A stretch of 39,354 nt of DNA from Trichinella spiralis (lineage: Eukaryota), in NCBI RefSeq assembly GCF_000181795.1, contig NW_003526944.1, positions 2,593,434 through 2,632,787 on the forward strand. The letters run 5' to 3'. The position numbers and the translations under genes were made by a program. Below, piece by piece: positions 32,197 to 39,354 of the stretch. The notes below the pieces were generated by a model. It was not told the origin of the DNA and ran no database searches. It was given only the letters and a program-made list of their open reading frames with translations. The first letter of the stretch is position 1. Every line of letters starts with the position of its first letter.

Positions 32197-35138
32197 ATGC
32201 ATTTTATTATTTCAATACTTTTCTTTGATCAGACGCATACAGTTCAAATTTATGAAGAATATATGACTGAAATTTGTATGAATGCAGTTTTCAGTGCACG
32301 CACATTCGTATTTTTCATTTCATATTGATTTTATTGACACTGTAATTCGTTATTATTTATTCTATTTTATTTATTTCTTAATGGAAATGTTGCGAACATT
32401 GTCTGCATGTGCGCGGGTCACGATGATTGTGCATGATGTATGCAGCTATTATTATTATTATTATTTATTCTGATTTTCCGAATGTTGAATAAGAAAAGAA
32501 ATGAGTTATTTTCTTTTTCATTATTCTTTATTTTTTTTAATTTTCAAATATGCTGAAAGCTTGCTGAAATGGGGGATTGATTGATTTGAAGAAAAAGAAG
32601 CTAAAGCATGAACGATTGTTTGATGATCAGTGTGCACGTATATGTGTATCTGTGTGTGTGCGTGTTGTATTTGATTTTGACCGGCTGTGAATGAAATTCC
32701 ATGACGTGTATCTTCCATTTTTGTTTTCTGTATTGTCTTTTGAAAAATAATTTTTCATTTAAATTAATGCATATTTTTCTGTTTTGTTGTTTGTTGTTTT
32801 CTCTTCTGTTCTTCATTCAACAAATGTATGTTGTTTTTATTTATTGAGAAAATGCACGAAGAATTTTTCATGGAAAAAAACGGCGGCAATTGCGTATATA
32901 TTATTCAATACTTTAAAATTATTCTGTTTTTTGTTTTGTTTTGCTTTTTGATGATTGAAATTTAAGTTGAATATGAATGCAGGAACGTATATATGTGGTT
33001 TTTTTGTATTTTTAAATTAATCGATGAAATTCATATTCAGCCAGACATGTTCATCTCTGCAGCAAGTGAAAGAGCACGACGAGTTGAAGCAATTCTTGCG
33101 CGTGCAGTTGGCCGAGACGTTGATCAGCGAACGGATGTCGCTTTGCGTTCAAATTGAAGACGCTCTGAGAACGTTGTCCTATTTCGATTCGAAAGGGTAG
33201 AAAAAAAATTAATTTAAATTATCATTTATTATGCATATTTTATTATTATTTGCGATGCAATTGAAAATTCAGTGTACGCAAATTGTTGAAAACGATGCAC
33301 GAAGAGCACGGTCGACGATCTGCCTATGTCAATTACGTGCAGCAGTCCAAGTTGTCCTTGTTGCAGTCGAAAATGTTCATAAAGAAATTATTGAATCGTA
33401 TTACCAGGTGAATATGATTATGATTATGAATTTTTCTATTATTATTATTGTTCATGTTCTTGTTATAGTTGTTTGTTTTGTTATACTTAAGTTAGTCGAC
33501 AGTAATTTGGTTTTTGAGTTTTTCAAATTTGCTTTTGCTATTTAAATTAGCCGGCCATTGGAGTGAAAATTGCTTCTTGTTAGCATATTCGCCAGGGTGT
33601 TGCAAACGTAGCAAATGACTGATTAAACATACTTGCTTTCATTTGATTATCTGACAAAATTGTCCGCAAATACGGGTGTGGGTAATGGTTTAAATAGTTG
33701 CAGTTATTATTATTTAATTTTTTTATTATACATTATTATATTTGTATATCTGGTTATTTATTTATTAATTTATTTAGAGAGCAGAAGATAACAATTCACT
33801 CGGTGGTGGAATTTTGTGTACGATTTTATCTTGAACAACGATTCGATTCACAAATCAAAGCTTTCGTTCATGAATTCCAACAGTTGCAGCTGTTGGACGA
33901 AAAGACGCATCTACTTTCAACTTTTCTAACCCATATCTATTCTTCTCTCCAAGCGGATTCCCTCTGGAATGGTATATTGAAATTTACTTTTACATTTTTA
34001 TTCTACAATTGAAATACTAGGCTGTACAAGTGATCAATTGGAATGGATTCGATTATCCATTGAACGTATGATCACGGCCAGAATATACGTTTCTGCATTG
34101 TATCCAAACGGTGAAGTGGACGCCATGCGAGACAAGTATGTTTTCTGTTTTTTCTTTTGTTTGGTCAGAACATGGTGAATAATTTTAATTTATCAATTCA
34201 ATGTTCAGTGTTGATTTATTTAATTTCTATTTTGAACGTTCAGATTGTTTCATCAAACGGTGCAAAGACTTGGTGATTTGATCACTCCGACTCACAAGAG
34301 TCTGGCTATACCGACGGTATTTTTTTGAAAAAATTGTTTTTTCACTTTTCTATTTACACCAGCGTTTTTCAGACGGGCTTCCGCGAAATATGACACATTG
34401 TTTCCCCTTTTAAATGTTACCAGTAAACAATTAAGTAATTCTATTAGCTATATTCGTTATACATCTCATTGGAGTAGCCATTATTCATTTCGGGTTAACT
34501 AGATTATTAGAATATATCGTGTATGCCTGAACAGCAGCTGTAAGTCATTGATAAAGAAAAAAACATTTAAAAAAATATACAGGGGTTCCGCGAAGATAAA
34601 ATTGTGAGAAACGCTGTATTACACTGACGTTGATGGTTATTTGTAATAATAATTATAATAATGGATTGTGTGCAGTTTTTTGCTTCAAATTCAAAAATAT
34701 CTTATTTACTTTTTCTGTATTATGTAGGAATACATTGCTGAATGCCCGTGGCCCTCAGCTCAAGCTGAAATTCTCAAAATCAACGTCTACAAGGTACAGT
34801 TGAATTAATTCTCTCTTCAGAATTTGTAACATGCATTATTGATATATAATACTTGCTTGTTTCAGTCAGCTGGAGACAAAGTGAAATGTGTCCGACGGTG
34901 CTGCGAGACTATTATGCATCTTTTACGTGCCTCGAACGCGCAAACACCAAGCGCTGACGATATGGTTCCACTGGTTGTGTACGTTTTGATCAAAGCCAAT
35001 CCAGAAGCGTTGCTGTCGACAATTCAATATGTGAATGGATTTTACAGCGGTCGCATGGAAGGTGAAGAAGCTTACTGTTGGACACAGTTCTGTTCGGCGG
35101 TGGAGTATATAAAAATGCTAGTGGACGATGGACTTTGA
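26353..35138 (+). CDS. GAPVD1: RasGAP-like and VPS9 domain-containing Rab5 GEF (GAPVD1/GAPex-5/RME-6)
   Basis: Exons 26353-26484, 26584-27175, 28140-28687, 28797-29076, 29176-29721, 30216-30377, 30433-30707, 30799-31591, 31649-32045, 33041-33196, 33273-33407, 33778-33971, 34021-34135, 34244-34316, 34728-34793, 34866-35138, all phase-consistent. Motifs RRMLRRGSGAF, ICPAIANPEAFGILSDTPVSSVARFNLMQVGQILQALA, SANVSGRGSPSISGRDTP, SDSWSTDVLASDSE, DLKRKLRLILS, ECPWPSAQAEI, and VPS9 PSADDMVPLVVYVLIKANP...GEEAYCWTQFCSAVEYIK. Confidence 0.95.
29786..29826. repeat. Compound (ATGA)n(ATGT)n tetranucleotide microsatellite in a GAPVD1 intron
   Basis: atgaatgaatgaatgaatgtatgtatgtatgtatgtatgta read directly. 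Confidence 0.85.
32115..32194. repeat. Perfect (GT)40 microsatellite in a GAPVD1 intron
   Basis: 80 nt of uninterrupted GT. Confidence 0.97.
34360..34616. mobile_element. Non-autonomous hAT (Charlie/Buster-like) MITE, 257 bp, in GAPVD1 intron 34317-34727
   Basis: TIRs CAGCGTTTTTCA (34360-34371) and TGAGAAACGCTG (34605-34616), 11/12 match. Flanking 8-mers ATTTACAC / TATTACAC form an imperfect TSD with central TA. Subterminal TTCCGCGAA occurs near both ends. Confidence 0.8.
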
Positions 35139-35712
35139 CTTCTGAGGAGCAACGTATTTTTGCCTGCTTTTTATTTATTTATTTTATTGCTGATTTATTG
35201 TATATGTGAATGTGATCAGTTGGAGAGAGTGATATTGTTTCTCTGTTTGTTTTCGGTGCTCACGTTGGCAAGAGCTTAAACGGTAATAATTTTCTTCACG
35301 CTGCCATCGTCACGGCGTCAACCTGTGTGATATTCTTGCCTGGAGCTAATGCTTTTACTTTTGCAAAATTTATCACTGTCAGTCATATTTTTTTCTCTAA
35401 TTATATATATATCATTATCATTATTATTATGCAAAACAGCGGCAGAAGCATCATTGCTGCTGTGCTTGGTTTTCAGATTGTTCGCAAAAAAGGGGTTCAA
35501 TTTACTTGTGAAAATTAAAATATGATGTGAAATCTTTTTTTGAAATGCCGCAGTTGTTTATTTGCTGTTTTATCCGTTTGCTTTCGACGGTTGATTATAT
35601 ATCGTTTTCTTTCTGTTTACTTGCTGTGCTCTTTTTATGCATGAAAAGAATATGTTTGTTGTTGTTGTTGTTTTTAATTTTTATTTTCATGTGAAAAGTG
35701 TTTGTTGAAGAG

Positions 35713-36701
35713 ATGCGCAAAATGGCGGCGGAAGAAGACGAGCCCGGCATCCCCAGAGCCGCTTTGAATCGTGTTATACGTGAAACGCTTCCAAATGCTC
35801 GCATGAGCAACGACTTTCGCGACGTGTTGCATCTTTGTTGCATGCAATTTATAAAGCACGTCGGAGCGGAGGCGAATCGGCTTTGTATGAATGACCAGAA
35901 GAAGACCATCAACAAAGACCATCTATTTCGTGGTAAATTGCTTATTGTATATGTATATAATTGGATCAGTTTTTCACAAAAAGAATACAAGAAGCATAAT
36001 TTTTAGCTGTGCAGAATTTGGGCTTTGGTCCGGACTATTTGGACGCGGGTCGGTCCGTTTTGGATCTTTGTGATGAAGAAGCATCTCGACGATTGAAAAG
36101 GCAAAATTCCAGATTGGAAAAATGTGGTATTCCTGAAGAAGAGTTGCTCAAATTGCAGCAGCAGCTTTTCGACAAAGTACCTTATCTCATCTCATCTCAA
36201 GAGCAATGCTTGTTTGTTTGTTTATGGTTGTTGGTTTTTCAGGCTCGTACTGAGCAAGCGTCGGCGAATCAGTTGCAAACTGCTTGGTTTCAACAACAAT
36301 GGCAGGAAAGCATGCGTCAAAAGCAGTTGATGCCACCGCCGCCTCTCCCACCGCCAGTGAAGCCATCGTTAGCGGCGGCGGCAGTAGCAGCGGCAGCAGT
36401 TTCCTCTTCTCCTCCTCCTCCTCCTCCTCCTTCTCTTCCTCATGCTGCTTCTCCTCTTCCCTCTTCTTCTTCATCATCACCATCATCATCTGTTTTGGTG
36501 ACGTCGACGTACTCATCGTCACAGTCGACATTTGCACCTTTAAATTCAAATTCCACCCTAACAACATCCGCATATTCATCATCGACAAGTGCACCAACAA
36601 TATCTGCATCTGCTGTTTTACAGTCAGTTTCAAAAATGAATCACAAAATATGGGAAATGCAAAACAACAACGACGCTGACGACGACTACGATGCTGCCTA
36701 G
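35713..36701 (+). CDS. DR1: Negative cofactor 2 beta / Dr1 (histone-fold TBP repressor)
   Basis: Exons 35713-35932, 36007-36176, 36243-36701 (alternative ATG 35722). IPRAALNRVIRETLPNARMSND, ANRLC...KKTINKDH, LGF, SRLEKCGIPEEELLKLQQQLFDKAR, Q/P/A/S-rich tail ending DDDYDAA. Confidence 0.93.
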
Positions 36702-37697
36702 CTAGCCAACTTTGTCTTCTTTATTATGTCGGTCGGTGTTCGGCTTACAATTTGTTTTTTTGCGTTGTTTATTTATTTATTTATTTCCTCTTTTTGTTTA
36801 CTACTGCAAGTGGTGCTTTACTACTCCTGCTGCATGTGGTTGCTGAATCCCAAGATTGAATATTATTATTACGACTTGCTTTAAAAAATGACAAAAATGT
36901 AAAACAGCATATTTCCAACTGTTTTTGTTCATCAAATTGGACGGTTTTCTTCTTCTTTTTTCAGTCATTATTCTTGCTATATGATAATAATAATAATAAT
37001 AATATAATCTCCTCTTGAAAGCCCGGTTGTCTGACTGCGTGCTCGTGCATCTCTGACGGGTCGAAACATATAACTGGCTGTTCATTGTTTGAAGCACATT
37101 TTTTGTACCTTTTTTAAAAAAAAGTATTTCCTTGTTTTTTTCATTTATTATTTATTTCAGCTTAGCCTTTGATGTTACTGGCCCAGTAATTTTTGACATG
37201 CAGTAGTTTCTCGTCATTATATTCTGAAGCAACATTATCTCATAGGATATTGGCACACTATGCATCTCATATGTTTTCCCATATACATGCATGCATGGCT
37301 GTTTCTTCATATTTGTATGTTTGTTTACTTGAAGGGCCACATATATTTGTTTGAACATACTGACGTACATATATAATATAAGTATATTATAATACTTGCT
37401 GTCTTGCCGTTCATTGTAATAATTAATGAAAATGTTTTTTTTCATTAAAGTTTCAATGGAGCTTTGTCCTGTGTGACATTGCTTTTCTTTGAATTGATTT
37501 ATATTTCGAAATATTTTTTTTTCATTTTTCGTGACTATAACGAGCGGACTTTGCTTTCTTTCACCCCTGTTTTCTCACTTTCTACCGGCTCCATTGTCGT
37601 AAAGTGGCTTTTTGACATTACGAAACAAATACACGAAAAACCATAAGGTACAAAACTATTTATTTTAATTATACAATAACAATGAACAACAAACAAC

Positions 37698-37733
37698 AAT
37701 AATAATAATAATAATTATTATTATTATTATTAT
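37698..37733. repeat. (AAT)6(TAT)6 tract forming a 34-bp perfect palindrome
   Basis: aataataataataataa|ttattattattattatt (37698-37731) is its own reverse complement. Confidence 0.85.
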
Positions 37734-39297
37734 GTTATTCCTGAACAATAGACACCATTGAATTGTTCAAAAAAACCAATTGGATGAAGTTTTATGCATA
37801 TATTAAAAGTTCAGGCTAGTGGTGAGCTATATCTATCTGCAAAGCAAGCAAATCTCAACTTGTTTACCAAAATTTTCATGCAAATTTTTGACCGTGGCCT
37901 TAACTTGCACTTACTTTGCAGCTATTGATCACTATTATAAATATATCTAAAATACTTTGTTTAAATTGCATTTCAATTCTTAATTCAATAATATTTCCTA
38001 GTCAAGAAAAAAATAATAATTATATTATTATTGAAAAGTTCTAACTCATGTAATTTCTTTGCTGTGATTTTAGGTGAAAAGTCGTGAAAATCATTATTTG
38101 CTCAACGTAGTGAAATGCAACCACCACAGTAGGACTTGTTTACGAGAAAACGTATGCAAATTCTCATTGCACTGCAATGCGTACGCTTACGTGCTCTAGT
38201 GCCATAAATGTCAAAAGAAACAACTGAAATGTGGAACAGAGAAAAATAACATTAAGTTCAAGCATATTATAAAAACTGAATTATGGAGACTAATTTAAAA
38301 TTTAAAGTACTGTAATATACAGTATATAAGTTGCCAAATCACAGATAAGAAAGTTACAAAGTAAGAGACCAATCAGAGGAAAGCGAATGTTGTACCCGTG
38401 GTTAATTGGATTTCAGTGATTTTATATGAATTATAGCGCCGCACAGCAACAGTACAACTGAACCAAACTGCATCCAGGTAAAAATTTTAATGATAAAACA
38501 TACATTCCTTATGTTTTGCATGAACTCTACTATATCAAAGCAATTTATTTAAGCATTTCATTTGAATTGTAACAAACATTAAAAAACTAGACAAAGTTCC
38601 CAATTATATATATGTAGTACAACCATGAGTTGTGTCAAAAAATACAATTTCAATTTGTTATTAAATTCCTGCGTCTATGTATAACTGTGGAATTGTTCAA
38701 TGTTTCCATTTGCACTTGCGTTTTGCATTGAATTTCATCGTGAACAGAGCAGATTGAATATTTCTAAGTGATTTCTATTATGCACAATAGTGTTTTTCAT
38801 AGAGAAAGTTATTTAACTTTACAATCGTATTATATTATTTTTCAATTTCACATCATTGGAGACATTAGGTAAATTAAACTTTTTATCCAGCTAATTTTGT
38901 CGCAGTTATCGCACAGTTAGTTTGCTAATATTTTGGTGAAAAACTTTCTGCGATGAGTTACATTTATGTAGGGCATTTTTGAAATTTGAAATCTCAAATC
39001 CAAAGATGCGGAGGCGTGTTTTGACTAAGTCAATGTTTTTGTTATGGCGTTTTCTGCCAGATAGTTTATATTTCAACTGAATTGTAAACGTTAAGGTCAT
39101 TTTTCAGTTTTCAAATAGTCCTTATTGTTAGAATTGAACAGTGCATTTCTCCTGTTGATTGCGACATAGGTTAGAATTTATCCTCACCAAGAAATTCCAA
39201 TGCACAAAAACCGGTTTCCAGCGCTGCGTTATGCAAATAAGGATCGCCATAAAAGGTGCCTTATCGTTAGTTAGGGTGCACTTGTTTGTTTGACTTA

Positions 39298-39354
39298 CGT
39301 GATTAACGGTAGCGTTGTAAAACCGCTCTCCTGTGTACGAGACGCTGATTAGTT
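39298..39354 (-). other. Possible exon fragment of a gene entering from the right edge
   Basis: Open frame LISVSYTGERFYNATVNH followed by donor |gtaagt on the minus strand. Downstream exons could not be linked convincingly. Confidence 0.25.

Noticed and set aside
32089..32328. Cys/Val-repeat ORF
   Set aside because: Translation of the (GT)40 microsatellite.
36187..36633. 148-aa Glu/Lys-rich minus-strand ORF
   Set aside because: Reverse complement of the DR1 Pro/Ser tail.
38906..39260. Minus-strand ORF fragments near the right edge
   Set aside because: Could not be joined in consistent phase; no recognisable family.
1..39354. CRISPR arrays, tRNA/rRNA genes, transposase or reverse transcriptase ORFs, prokaryotic-type systems
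   Set aside because: None seen by eye; the DNA is intron-rich and eukaryotic. A tRNAscan/Rfam run would be needed to exclude small RNA genes.

Overview
AT-rich eukaryotic genomic DNA with many short GT-AG introns and TTTCAG-type acceptors. The style suggests a nematode, possibly a clade I worm such as Trichinella; this is inference only. Six spliced genes were assembled by hand with consistent exon phases: UVRAG/Vps38-like (+, 3507-6108), Wnt11-like ligand (+, 7226-8944), a Sec14-spectrin-DH-PH Rho GEF of the Dbs/MCF2L type (-, 9167-18252, possible alternative first exon to 20204), USP14 (+, 22803-24618), GAPVD1/RME-6 (+, 26353-35138) and DR1/NC2-beta (+, 35713-36701). Possible partial minus-strand genes lie at both window edges. 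Non-coding features include a 257-bp hAT (Charlie/Buster-like) MITE in a GAPVD1 intron, a diverged ~100-bp element present twice in introns of the GEF gene, and several microsatellites. The most notable points are the atypical Wnt (a ~60-aa polyQ/basic insert and loss of two conserved Trp motifs) and a UVRAG that appears to lack its N-terminal C2 region. I found no clear novel multi-gene system. Family assignments rest on motifs recalled from known proteins, not on database searches.
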